A stretch of DNA of 64,000 nt, from positions 4,640,001 to 4,704,000 of the forward strand of contig OZ220089.1 of the NCBI GenBank assembly GCA_964291625.2, in the 5' to 3' direction. This document shows, in pieces, positions 48,324-58,013 of the stretch (positions are counted from its first letter, which is position 1; every line of letters starts with the position of its first letter). Source of the DNA: Candidatus Latescibacterota bacterium (GTDB taxonomy: Bacteria > Latescibacterota > UBA2968 > UBA8231). Both the position numbers and the translations under genes were made by a program. The notes below the pieces were generated by a model. That model made no database searches and had not been told where the DNA came from. It saw only the letters and a list, made by a program, of their open reading frames with translations.

Positions 48324-49094
48324 ATGGACCTGGGACTGAAGGACAAGTCGGTGCTGGTGAGCGGCGCCAGCCGGGGCATCGGCAACCGCATCGCCCTCGC
48401 CTTCGCCGCCGAGGGGGCCAGGCTCTGCCTCAGCGGCCGCACCGAGGAGACCCTGACGGCCGCGGCCGAGGCGGTGGCCGAGGCCGGCGCCGCGGACGTG
48501 GCCCACCACGTCGGCGACATGTCGCGCACCGAGGACGCCGGGGGGTTCGTCGAGACCGCCGTCTCCCGCTTCGGCGGGATCGACGTCCTGGTGAACAACG
48601 TGGGCGGGTCGGTGTGGACCCCCTTCGCCGAGATCTCCGACGACGAGTGGCTCCACGTCTTCAACCTGAGCTTCTTCTCCGCCGTGCGCGTCTCCCGGGC
48701 CGCCTTCCCGGCCCTGGAGCAGGGCGGGGGCAGCATCGTCAACGTCTCCTCCATCTTCGGGCGGGAGACCGGCGGGCCGGTGAGCTACAACGCCGCCAAG
48801 GCGGCGATGATCAGCATGACGGCGAACCTCGCCCGCGAGGCGGCGGCCAAGGGGGTGCGCGTCAACAGCGTCGCCCCGGGGTCGATCCTGTTTCCCGGGG
48901 GCAGCTGGGAGCGCCGCCAGAAGGCGGACCCCGAGGGCATCGGCCGCTTCGTGGAGGAGAACATCCCCTTCGGCCGCTTCGGCACGCCGGAGGAGGTGGC
49001 GGACGTCGTGGTCTTCCTGGCCTCCGGGCGGGCGAGCTGGGTGACGGGCGCCTGCCTCAACGTCGACGGCGGGCAGTCGAGGTCGAACACCTGA
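48324..49094 (+). CDS. short-chain dehydrogenase/reductase
   Basis: SGASRGIG, NNVG, YNAAK, VRVNSVAPG, VDGG. Confidence 0.93.
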   Translation: MDLGLKDKSVLVSGASRGIGNRIALAFAAEGARLCLSGRTEETLTAAAEAVAEAGAADVAHHVGDMSRTEDAGGFVETAVSRFGGIDVLVNNVGGSVWTPFAEISDDEWLHVFNLSFFSAVRVSRAAFPALEQGGGSIVNVSSIFGRETGGPVSYNAAKAAMISMTANLAREAAAKGVRVNSVAPGSILFPGGSWERRQKADPEGIGRFVEENIPFGRFGTPEEVADVVVFLASGRASWVTGACLNVDGGQSRSNT

Positions 49095-50134
49095 TGAACC
49101 GCCGCCGGATCGCCGGCATCGACGGCCGCGGCCAGGGGGTGCTGATCGAGGAGGAACTCGGCGCGCCGCCCGCCGGACGGGTCGAGGTAGAGGTGCGGGC
49201 CTCCCTGATCAGCCCGGGCAGCGAGCTGGGGAGGGTCCCGGACGTGCGGCGGAATCCGCGGCCGGAGCAGCCCCCCAGGCCCTTCGGGTACGCCAACGCC
49301 GGCGTCGTCCGCGCGGTCGGGGCGGGGGTGGAGGGGTACGGCGTGGGGGATCGGATCGCCTGCATGGGAGGCGGATACGCCCAGCACTCCGACCGCTGCC
49401 ACGTGCCCGTCCATCTCAGCGTGCCGATCCCCGAAGGCGTGAGCTTCGAGGCCGCCGCCTTCGCCCACCTGGCGGCCACCGCCCTGCACGCCATCCGCCG
49501 CGCGGCCCCGGTCTTCGGCGAAAACGGCCTGGTCGTGGGACTCGGCCTGGTGGGCCAGCTCACGGCCGCCTTCGGACAGCTATGCGGCTGTCACATGATG
49601 GGCGCGGACCGCTTCGAGCTGCGCCGGCGGCTGGCGCGGGAGATGGGCGTCGAAGCGGTCGCCGGCGAGGAGGACGACCTCGAAGGCCTGGCGGCCGGGT
49701 TCACGGGCGGCTACGGCATGGACTTCGGCGTCATCGCCTTCGGCGGCGACGGGACCGCCGCCTTCGAGCGGATCGCCGCCACCCTCAAGCGGGCCCCGGA
49801 CACGCACCGCATGGGCCGCATCGTCATCGTCGGCGGGGCCCGCGTCAGCCACGGCTTCGCCGCCGCCCTGGGCAACGTCGACGTGCGCAGCGCCGCCCGC
49901 ACCGGCCCCGGCTACCACGACGAGGAGTACGAGCACGGCGGCGCCTACCCGCCGGTCTTCGTGGAGTGGCCGACGCGGCGCAACCTGGCCGAGTGCCTGC
50001 GGGCCATGGCCGACGGCCGCCTGCGGGTGGAGCCGCTGATCACGCACCGCTTCGGGCTCGACCAGATCGCCGCCGCCGTGGACGAGCTGGTGGAGCGCCC
50101 CGAAAGCGCCCTCGGGGTGGTGCTGCGGCCCTGA
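49094..50134 (+). CDS. MDR-family (zinc-binding-type) dehydrogenase
   Basis: SLISPGSE, GYANAG, GLGLVG, LITHRF. Confidence 0.85.
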   Translation: MNRRRIAGIDGRGQGVLIEEELGAPPAGRVEVEVRASLISPGSELGRVPDVRRNPRPEQPPRPFGYANAGVVRAVGAGVEGYGVGDRIACMGGGYAQHSDRCHVPVHLSVPIPEGVSFEAAAFAHLAATALHAIRRAAPVFGENGLVVGLGLVGQLTAAFGQLCGCHMMGADRFELRRRLAREMGVEAVAGEEDDLEGLAAGFTGGYGMDFGVIAFGGDGTAAFERIAATLKRAPDTHRMGRIVIVGGARVSHGFAAALGNVDVRSAARTGPGYHDEEYEHGGAYPPVFVEWPTRRNLAECLRAMADGRLRVEPLITHRFGLDQIAAAVDELVERPESALGVVLRP

Positions 50135-50146
50135 GGCCGCCGCAGG

Positions 50147-50917
50147 TCAGACCGGCTCGTTGGTGATCATGTGGGTGCGGCCGCCGGCGCGGAAGGTCAC
50201 CGGCGGCTGGTCCACCTCCTCGCCGGCGATCATGCGCTCCACGACGCGGGCCACGCCGGCCACGGCGGGCTCCAGCAGCTTCTCTCCCTTCTCGCGGCTG
50301 GCAACCTTCGACGCCTCGTCCTCGATATCCCCGGCGTGAACGCGCTCGGGCGCCAGCACGAGCATGGTGGAGGTCTCGAACTCGTCGGCGTGCCCCGGCA
50401 GGCGCTGGTGGTCCATGGTGGCGCTCACGAGGGCCGGGTCGTACACGTCCCAATACGACTGGAACCTCAGGTTCACCTCCGCGCCCAGGCGGTCCCGGTA
50501 CTCGTCGAGGCGGCGCATCAGGGGCTTCACGTTACCGCCGTGGCCGTTGAGGATCAGGACGTTGCGCACGCCGGCGCGAGTCATGGAGTGGCAGATGTCG
50601 AAGACGTACTCGCAGAAGATCTCGGGGCGCACCGTCAGCGTCCCCCGGTGGGCCATCCAGTGCTCGGAAACGCCGACGCAGACGGGCGAGGTGACCACCG
50701 CCCGGGGGTAGAGCCGCAAGGCGGCCTGTTCGGCCATCCAGGTGGCGTGCAGGGAGTCGTGGATCATCTCGAGGTGCTCGTTGTGCTGCTCGGTGGCGGC
50801 CGTGGGGACGATGGCCGCCTCCAGAGTGCCGGCTTCCAGGCGCTGGCGGAACTCCTTGCGCGACAGGTCGCCGACGAAGACGCGGCGCTCCCGGTCGCCG
50901 CTGGTGACGAGATTCAT
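50147..50917 (-). CDS. creatininase-family amidohydrolase
   Basis: TEQHNEHL, SEHW, NGHGGN, GHADEFETS. Confidence 0.9.
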   Translation of the reverse strand: MNLVTSGDRERRVFVGDLSRKEFRQRLEAGTLEAAIVPTAATEQHNEHLEMIHDSLHATWMAEQAALRLYPRAVVTSPVCVGVSEHWMAHRGTLTVRPEIFCEYVFDICHSMTRAGVRNVLILNGHGGNVKPLMRRLDEYRDRLGAEVNLRFQSYWDVYDPALVSATMDHQRLPGHADEFETSTMLVLAPERVHAGDIEDEASKVASREKGEKLLEPAVAGVARVVERMIAGEEVDQPPVTFRAGGRTHMITNEPV

Positions 50918-51093
50918 GGCGGGGTCCGGTCCTTTCGATTCTCGGGGAAGGTGGCGTCGCTCCGCATGCGCCGGGCGGCGCGAGCGGGGCTCGCGAACAA
51001 GGATAGGAGCCGTCCACTCCGGCGGCGAGACCGCTTGACACGTTTGCCGCCGTCTCTCACCGTTGCCTGCCGCTTCAAGGGGGGAGGAGAGGA

Positions 51094-51966
51094 ATGAAGA
51101 TCGGGACGCGACTGCCGGGCTTCGCCCGGGACCTCGGCTTCGACGGGTACTGCAAGTGGCTCGCCGAGAACGGCTTCGACGCCGTCGACACGCCGCCCCT
51201 GACGGCGCAGATGGCGAGGACCTGCGCGGAGCTGACCCTGACCATCGGCACCTGCGACGTCCGCGGCGGGGGCCTGCTGTCCAACGACGCGGCGCAGCGC
51301 CGCAAGGCCCTGAACGCGCTCAAGAGGGACCTGACCGCCATCGCCCGCCACGGCGGCACGACGTGCTTCACGGTACTGGCGCCGGCGGAGCCGACGCAGA
51401 GCCGGGCGGAGACCTTCGAGATCTTCGAGAAGGTCTACCCCAAGGTGGCGAAGCACGCCGAGAAGGTGGGGGTGAAGATCGCCATCGAGCCTTGGCCCGG
51501 GGGCGCTCCCTGGTACGGCAACCTGGGCTGCACCCCGGAGAGCCTGCGGCGCATCTTCGAGGCCGTGCCGTCCCCCAACCTGGGGATCTGCTACGACCCC
51601 TCCCACTTCGTCCGCCTGCGGATCGACCACCTGCGCCTGCTCCACGAGTTCAGCGACCGGGTCCATCACGTGCACCTGAAGGACACGGAGATCCTGCCGG
51701 AGAAGCTCTACGAGAGCGGCATCCTCGGGGAGAGCTACTCGCGCACCTACGGCTTCGGGGAAGGCTGGTGGCGCTACACGATCCCCGGCGAAGGGGTGGT
51801 GGACTGGCAGGTCGTGGTACGCCGCCTGCAGGAGATCGGCTACGACGGCGTGCTCAGCGTCGAGCTGGAGGACCACCACTTCTGGGACACGCCCCTGCTG
51901 CAGCAGGAGGGTCTGATCCGGGGACGCGACCACGTGGCCCAGTTCTTCAAGGGCGGAGTCCTCTGA
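51094..51966 (+). CDS. sugar phosphate isomerase/epimerase (xylose-isomerase-like TIM barrel)
   Basis: AIEPW, YDPSH, HVHLKD, PGEG.VDW, SVELE. Confidence 0.9.
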   Translation: MKIGTRLPGFARDLGFDGYCKWLAENGFDAVDTPPLTAQMARTCAELTLTIGTCDVRGGGLLSNDAAQRRKALNALKRDLTAIARHGGTTCFTVLAPAEPTQSRAETFEIFEKVYPKVAKHAEKVGVKIAIEPWPGGAPWYGNLGCTPESLRRIFEAVPSPNLGICYDPSHFVRLRIDHLRLLHEFSDRVHHVHLKDTEILPEKLYESGILGESYSRTYGFGEGWWRYTIPGEGVVDWQVVVRRLQEIGYDGVLSVELEDHHFWDTPLLQQEGLIRGRDHVAQFFKGGVL

Positions 51967-52955
51967 TGCCGGGCTTCGCCGTCGTCGGCCTCGGCATGGG
52001 GCGCGGCCGGGCCCGCCTGATCCACGAGACGGGGGGCGCCGAGCTGCGCTGCGTCTGCGACCTCCGCGAAGAGCTGGCCCGCGAGGTCGGCGAGGAGCTC
52101 TCCTGCGACGCCGTGACCGATCTCGACGACGTCCTCGGCCGCGGCGACGTGGACGTGGTCATGGTCATGACCCCGAGCGGCCTCCACGGCGAGCTGGGGG
52201 TACGCTGCGCCGAGGCCGGCAAGCACGTGGTCACCACCAAGCCGATGGACGTATCGACCGAGGCCTGCGACCGACTCATCGCGGCCTCCGACGCCGCCGG
52301 GGTTCAGCTGGCCGTCGACTACCAGAGCCGCTACGTGGACACCAACTTCCGCGTCGCCACGGCCCTGCGCGAGGGCTGGCTCGGGCGGCCCCTGCTCGGC
52401 GAGGTGCGCTTCAAGTGGTACCGCTCCGACGACTACTTCGCCCACGGCGGCGGCTGGCGGGGCACCTGGAGGATGGACGGCGGCGGCTCCCTGGCCAACC
52501 AGGGGTCGCACCTCATCGATCTCCTGGTGTGGTTCATGGGCGATCCCGAGCAGGTCTACGGCGAGGCGGCGGTCCTGAATCACGAGATCGAGACCGAGGA
52601 CGTGGGCATGGCGATCCTGCGCTACGCCAACGGCGCCCGCGGCGGCATCGTCGGCACCACCACCTTCCCCGAGAGCGCCTACTTCAGCGCCGAGGTCCAC
52701 GGCACCGAAGGCGGCGTCCTCATCGACGCCGTGCTCAGCGGCGAGGCCCGCTGCTTCGGCGACGGCCTGGAGGAGAAGCTCGCCTCGGTGGACAACCCCT
52801 TGCACAACATCGTCGAGGACGTCGTCTCCTGCCTGGAGAAGGGCACCCCCGTGCGGGTCGACGGCCGCGAGGGCCGGCGCACGGTGGCCCTCCTGGAAGC
52901 GATCTACCGTTCCTCCCGCGAAGGCCGCCCCGTCGCCATGGAGTCCGCCCCATGA
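51966..52955 (+). CDS. Gfo/Idh/MocA oxidoreductase
   Basis: VGLG, TPSGLH, KHVVTTKP, GGGSLANQGSH. Confidence 0.9.
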   Translation: MPGFAVVGLGMGRGRARLIHETGGAELRCVCDLREELAREVGEELSCDAVTDLDDVLGRGDVDVVMVMTPSGLHGELGVRCAEAGKHVVTTKPMDVSTEACDRLIAASDAAGVQLAVDYQSRYVDTNFRVATALREGWLGRPLLGEVRFKWYRSDDYFAHGGGWRGTWRMDGGGSLANQGSHLIDLLVWFMGDPEQVYGEAAVLNHEIETEDVGMAILRYANGARGGIVGTTTFPESAYFSAEVHGTEGGVLIDAVLSGEARCFGDGLEEKLASVDNPLHNIVEDVVSCLEKGTPVRVDGREGRRTVALLEAIYRSSREGRPVAMESAP

Positions 52956-54022
52956 CTGAGTCCGAAGCCACCGGCAAGCCCCTGACCCTGGCCCTGGTCG
53001 GTCTGACCGCCCCCCACAGCCGGGGTTGGCTGGAGACCCTTCACACCCTGCCGGAGGCCGGACGGCTGCTGGTCTGCGACGTCGACGGGCTCGGCGCCCG
53101 CCCGGAGGTCCCGGCGGAGGCCGAGGCCGTCTCGGCCGAGGATCTCCTCGAGCCTTCCTGCCGGCCCGACGCGGCCCTCGTGTCGGTGCGCAACGATCAG
53201 GCCGCGGACATCGGCTCGAAGCTGCTGGCCGGGGGCCTGCCCTGCCTCGTCGAGAAGCCGGCCGGGCGCACCAGCGGCGACATCGAGCGCCTCAACGACG
53301 CAGCCGCCCGGGGAGGCACGATCTGGGCGCCCGGGTTCCTCAACCGCCTGCAACCGGCGGCGCGCCGCATCCGCCGCCTCGTGGTGGAGGAGCAGGCGAT
53401 CGGGCGGGTCCAGTCGATCGAGGCGCGCATGGTCACCAGCTCGGTGCGCCAGCGAGACCCCGGGCACTGGCTGTTCCGCAGGGAGGTCGCCGGCGGCGGC
53501 ATCCTGCACTGGCTGGCCATCCACCACATCGACCTCGTGCGCTACCTGACGGGCCAGGAGTACGGCTCGGTCTCCGGCTTCACGGCCACCTTCAACCGCG
53601 AGATCGACGTGGAGGACATGGCCGCCGTCTCCTTCACCCTCCAGGGCGGCGCCCTCGGCAGCCTGCACGCCGGCTACGTGCTGCGCCAGCGCTACGGGGA
53701 CATCGGCATCACCCTGCGCGGCGACCTCGGCGAGATCGTCTGGCCCCACTTCGACTTCGTGGGCCGGCAGAACACCCTGTACATCCACAGCGAGGGTCCG
53801 CGCAGCGAGGGCCCCGGGCCCGAGGTGGTCACCCTCGAGCCGCCGGAGGGGACCGGGTACGGCGGCGGCCTGGGGTGGGAGTTCGTGCGCCGCTTCGCCG
53901 CCGCGGCGCGCATGGGCGGCGCCTTCGTCACCGGCGGCGACGACGCCCTGCGGGCGATGCGCTTCGTCGAGGCGGCCTACGCCGCGGCCCGGAGCGGCGG
54001 CCGCGTGGAGGTGGGAACATGA
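52952..54022 (+). CDS. Gfo/Idh/MocA oxidoreductase
   Basis: VEKP, GGGILHWLAIHHID, VED. Confidence 0.88.
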   Translation: MTESEATGKPLTLALVGLTAPHSRGWLETLHTLPEAGRLLVCDVDGLGARPEVPAEAEAVSAEDLLEPSCRPDAALVSVRNDQAADIGSKLLAGGLPCLVEKPAGRTSGDIERLNDAAARGGTIWAPGFLNRLQPAARRIRRLVVEEQAIGRVQSIEARMVTSSVRQRDPGHWLFRREVAGGGILHWLAIHHIDLVRYLTGQEYGSVSGFTATFNREIDVEDMAAVSFTLQGGALGSLHAGYVLRQRYGDIGITLRGDLGEIVWPHFDFVGRQNTLYIHSEGPRSEGPGPEVVTLEPPEGTGYGGGLGWEFVRRFAAAARMGGAFVTGGDDALRAMRFVEAAYAAARSGGRVEVGT

Positions 54023-55305
54023 GAATCGTCGACGTCGAGCGGATCGTGGTGGACGTGCCCTTCACCGGGCGCCAGCAGAAGATCACCGCCCGCGAGGTCT
54101 ACAACTGGTCGATCCTGGAGCTGTGCCGGGTCACCTCCGACAGCGGCCACGTGGGCTGGGGCGAGACGGTGGTGCACTACACCTGGGCCCGGGTCTCCGA
54201 CGACGCCGTGGAACGCGTCAAGGGGAGGCCCGCCGCCGAGGTGATGAACGACGACAGCCTCGGCAGCGGCCTGCAGATGGCGGTCTTCGACCTGATGGGC
54301 CAGGCCCTGGAGGTCCCCGTGCACCGGCTCCTCGGTACGATCCAGCGGGACTGGGTGCCGATCAGCTGGTGGTCGATCGACGCCTCTCCCGAGGACTGGG
54401 CGGCCGAGGCCGCCGACGCCGTGGCCGCGGGCTACACCAGCTTCAAGAACAAGCCGCGCCCCTGGTGGGACATCGTCGCCCAGGTGGAGGCGATCTCCCG
54501 GGTCGTCCCCCCTCACTTCAAGCTCGACCTCGACCCGAACGGCACCTGGCAGAACGCGGCCGCCGCGATCCCCATCATCGGCCGCCTCGAGCCCTTCGGG
54601 AACGTGGCCATGTTCGAGAGCCCGATCCCCCAGGGCGACCTGCTCGGCAACCGCCAGATCCGCCGCGCCACCTCCCGCCCCATCGCCATGCACTTCGGGG
54701 GGCCTCCGTACATCACCTGCGTCCGCGAGGAGGTCTGCGACGGCTTCGTGGTCTCAGGCGGCAAGAGCGCGGTCCTGCGCCAGGGGGAGCTGTCCGCCGA
54801 GGCCCAGATGCCCTTCTGGCTGCAGCTGGTGGGCAACGGCCTGATGACGACCTGGGCGGCCCATCTGGGGGCCGTCCTCAGCCACGCCACCTGGCCGGCG
54901 ATCACCTGCCTCAACCTCTACAGCCACCACCTGCTGAAGAAGCCGATCGAGGTCGTGGGCGGGTTCCACAAGGTCCCGGAGGGCCCGGGCCTCGGCGTCG
55001 AGGTCGACGAGGAGGCCGTCGAGCGCTTCCGCGTCCCCGACTCCGAGATCGAGCCCTTCGCCAGGCGGGGCCAGCCCTACGAGCTGCCCAGGCCCCGGCT
55101 GCTGAGCACCGTCGTCTGGCCCGACGGCAGCTGTCTGCACATGGCCAGTCCGAACCAGGGATACTCGTACTTCGGCTCCGGGAACGGACCGGCCCAGATG
55201 GAGGGCACGCGCCTGGAGATCACCCCGGACGACGGCTCGAAAGAGTGGGCCCGGCTCTTCGCCCGCGCCGAGGCGGGCCCCGTCCGGGACCGCCGGGGGC
55301 GTTGA
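54019..55305 (+). CDS. mandelate racemase/muconate lactonizing enzyme (enolase superfamily)
   Basis: GWGE, KNK, DLDPN, FESP, VPEGPGLGVEVD. Confidence 0.88.
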   Translation: MRIVDVERIVVDVPFTGRQQKITAREVYNWSILELCRVTSDSGHVGWGETVVHYTWARVSDDAVERVKGRPAAEVMNDDSLGSGLQMAVFDLMGQALEVPVHRLLGTIQRDWVPISWWSIDASPEDWAAEAADAVAAGYTSFKNKPRPWWDIVAQVEAISRVVPPHFKLDLDPNGTWQNAAAAIPIIGRLEPFGNVAMFESPIPQGDLLGNRQIRRATSRPIAMHFGGPPYITCVREEVCDGFVVSGGKSAVLRQGELSAEAQMPFWLQLVGNGLMTTWAAHLGAVLSHATWPAITCLNLYSHHLLKKPIEVVGGFHKVPEGPGLGVEVDEEAVERFRVPDSEIEPFARRGQPYELPRPRLLSTVVWPDGSCLHMASPNQGYSYFGSGNGPAQMEGTRLEITPDDGSKEWARLFARAEAGPVRDRRGR

Positions 55306-55338
55306 CCCGGTTTCGACCGAGGCTCTTCTTCTTCGGCA

Positions 55339-55413
55339 GGGCCGGTAGCTCAGTGGTAGAGCAGTGGCCTTTTAAGCCATTGGTCGTGGGTTCGATCCCC
55401 ACCCGGCTCACCA
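55339..55413 (+). tRNA. tRNA-Lys (TTT)
   Basis: GGGCCGGTAGCTCAGTGGTAGAGC, anticodon loop CTTTTAA, GGTTCGATCCC, encoded CCA. Confidence 0.97.
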
Positions 55414-55486
55414 CACCCGCCATCATCCGCCCGCCGTCCCTGGCCGTGGCGGCCACCGGGACCCCCCGCGCCTCAGTTCCGATGCC

Positions 55487-57766
55487 ACCTGCCCGCGGGC
55501 ATGACCGGGGCGATCACCGGGATCGATGCTTGTGCTTCACCTCGCCCCAGCTGGAGGCCGGCGTTGCCGTCTCTCCCGGCAGCAGGGGCGACCAGGCGGG
55601 ATAGTGAAACCAACCAGAGTGCTCCAGGAGAACACGTGGGTTGCTTCCGTCCACGTCGACAACCTTGAGGGCACGGGTCCCCCCGTCCTCATCGACCCCG
55701 ACGAAGGCGATCCGCCGGGAATCGGGCGACCAGCAGGGCTCAGTGCCCTCTACCAGGAACCTCTCGTTGGAGCCGTCGATATCGACCAATCGAACCTGCA
55801 GCACGTTTCGCCCTGTTTCCGGGTCCTTGTGGCTGGCATAGGCGATCCGGCTCCCGTCCGGCGACACCTGCACCCGGGTTACGACTCCCTCGTGAATCAC
55901 CCTCTCCGGCCCAAGAGTCCCTGGAGTCCCACCCACCTCGACGATCGCAATCCCGTCCGCGCTACTGTACTGATGGACGATGTGACGACCGTCCGGAGTC
56001 CAGTCGAGAAACACTCCGAGTGTCCCGCGTACACCCGGGCACCTTGCCACGACGCCATCCGGTCGCACGAAGCAGAGCCTGCCTGGCAACTGGATCTTGA
56101 CGGCAATCAATGAACCATCGGGCGACCAAGCCGGGTTCTCGATCAGTGGGAGCACATCATGCCACCCTTCCACGCGTTCCTGGCGAAGGATCTCCCGGTC
56201 ATTGGAGCCGTCGGCGCCGATGATCCAGATGTCCACGTAGTGCTTCGCACCCCTCGTCTCATGCCATCTGTACACGATCTCGCTGCCGTCGGGCGACCAA
56301 TCAGGGTCACCACCCCCCTTGAGCCAGCCTTCGTGTGACAGGTAACCCTCCTTCAGGAGGATCGGCGTGGAACCTGGTACCGCGTCCATCACATAGAGCC
56401 CCCCAACAAACCCGCCCCCACCCATCTCGAAAGCGATCTTGCTCGTCTGGGCTCCCACAGAAGACACCAGACCCAGGACGCAGACGACAACCATGCCCAA
56501 AGGAGCCCACCGCTTCGATGGGTCCCATGCTCCTACCGACATGGTGATCCTCCTCCTGCAGCTGGATTCGCGAGGGTGCTGTGAATCCGTGTATGCGACT
56601 CGACGGATCAGGTCGAGGGCGCCTGAACCCGCAGCACACCCTAAGCCATGGTGGTGGTCCCGGAGCCACCGGTGGAGGCCCGTCGGCAGCCCGGCCCGCT
56701 ACCTGCCCGTCGACAGGACCGTGACGATCACCGGGATCGATGCTTGTGCTTCACCTCGCCCCAGCTGGAGACCGGCGTTGCCGTCTCTGCCGGCAGCAGG
56801 GGCGACCAGGCGGGAGAGCCGACCCAACCAGAGTGCTCCAGGAGAACACGCGGGTTGCTCCCGTCGGCGTCGACAACCTTGAGGGCACGGGGCCGCTCGT
56901 CCTCGTCAAGGTCGACAAAGGCGATCCGTCGGGAATCGGGCGACCAGCAGGGATCAGTGCCCTCTGCCAGGAACCTCACATTGGAGCCGTCGAGATCCAT
57001 GACCCCAACCTGCCATCGGGATCTCCCCGTTTCCGGATCATACGGGCCGGCAAAGGCGATCTGGCTGCCATCCGGCGATACCTGCACCCAGATTCCGACT
57101 TCCTGGTAGATCACACGTCCTCCCTCATAGGGCGTAGAGTACTCTCCATAGCTATCAGGCACCTCGACGATCCCCATTCCGCCTGCCCAGCTACTTGAGG
57201 AATAGACGATGTGACGACCGTCCGGTGTCCAGTCGACATCCAGTCCAAATGATGTCCCGTCTACATCCAGGCACCTTGGCAGGACACCGTCCGGTCGCAC
57301 GAAGCAAAGCCTTTGTGGGAGACTCAACACAACGGCAATGACTGAGCCATCAGGCGACCAGGCCGGGTACCAGACCAATGGGAGCACATCATGCCGCCCT
57401 TCCACGCGTTCCTGTCGAAGGATCTCCCGGTCATTGGAGCCGTCGGCGCCGATGATCCAGATGTCCACGTAGTGCTTTGCACCCCTCGTCTCATGCCATC
57501 TGTACACGATCTCGCTGCCGTCGGGCGACCAATCAGGGTCACCACCCCCCTTGAGCCAGCCGTCGTGTGACAGATAACCCTCCTTCAGGAGGATCGGCGT
57601 GGAACCCGGTACCGCGTCCATCAGATAGAGCCCCCCAACATACCCGCCCCCACCCATCTCGAAAGCGATCTTGCTGGTCTGGGCTCCCACAGAAGACACC
57701 AGACCCAGGACGCAGACGACAACCATGCCCAAAGGAGCCCACCGCTTCGATGGGTCCCATGCTCCT
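55487..57766. repeat. ~1.05-kb tandem gene duplication (about 55487-56534 and 56701-57766)
   Basis: Near-identical DNA at both ends of each copy, divergent middle. Confidence 0.9.
55514..56542 (-). CDS. secreted TolB-like PD40 beta-propeller protein, copy 1
   Basis: Signal peptide, repeated WSPDG motifs, GGAGG RBS, C-terminal SSWGEVK. Confidence 0.85.
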   Translation of the reverse strand: MSVGAWDPSKRWAPLGMVVVCVLGLVSSVGAQTSKIAFEMGGGGFVGGLYVMDAVPGSTPILLKEGYLSHEGWLKGGGDPDWSPDGSEIVYRWHETRGAKHYVDIWIIGADGSNDREILRQERVEGWHDVLPLIENPAWSPDGSLIAVKIQLPGRLCFVRPDGVVARCPGVRGTLGVFLDWTPDGRHIVHQYSSADGIAIVEVGGTPGTLGPERVIHEGVVTRVQVSPDGSRIAYASHKDPETGRNVLQVRLVDIDGSNERFLVEGTEPCWSPDSRRIAFVGVDEDGGTRALKVVDVDGSNPRVLLEHSGWFHYPAWSPLLPGETATPASSWGEVKHKHRSR

Positions 57767-57795
57767 CGAAACTTGGTAGTCCTCTCCTTTGGCAT
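56728..57795 (-). CDS. secreted TolB-like PD40 beta-propeller protein, copy 2 (start 57795 or 57726)
   Basis: Paralog of 55514-56542 with near-identical termini. Confidence 0.82.
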   Translation of the reverse strand: MPKERTTKFRGAWDPSKRWAPLGMVVVCVLGLVSSVGAQTSKIAFEMGGGGYVGGLYLMDAVPGSTPILLKEGYLSHDGWLKGGGDPDWSPDGSEIVYRWHETRGAKHYVDIWIIGADGSNDREILRQERVEGRHDVLPLVWYPAWSPDGSVIAVVLSLPQRLCFVRPDGVLPRCLDVDGTSFGLDVDWTPDGRHIVYSSSSWAGGMGIVEVPDSYGEYSTPYEGGRVIYQEVGIWVQVSPDGSQIAFAGPYDPETGRSRWQVGVMDLDGSNVRFLAEGTDPCWSPDSRRIAFVDLDEDERPRALKVVDADGSNPRVLLEHSGWVGSPAWSPLLPAETATPVSSWGEVKHKHRSR

Positions 57796-58013
57796 CTGGA
57801 TTCGCGGCGTCCTGAGCCGTGTTCGCCCCCGACGCTTTGGCCAAGGGCGACCTATCGCTGAGGTCGTTCCGGGTCGTTCTTTGCCTTGATCTGGGTCCAC
57901 AGGGCCTGAGCCTGCTCGTCCGTACCGTCCGCTATCAGACCACTGCCGTACTGCAGCTGGGCCAGCGCCCGGCTCCCCGACACCTTGTTGCGTTGTCCAT
58001 CTGACCCATCGGC

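Noticed and set aside
55487-57766. Diversity-generating retroelement TR/VR pair
   Set aside because: No reverse transcriptase; both copies are full ORFs and the differences include indels and are not confined to adenines
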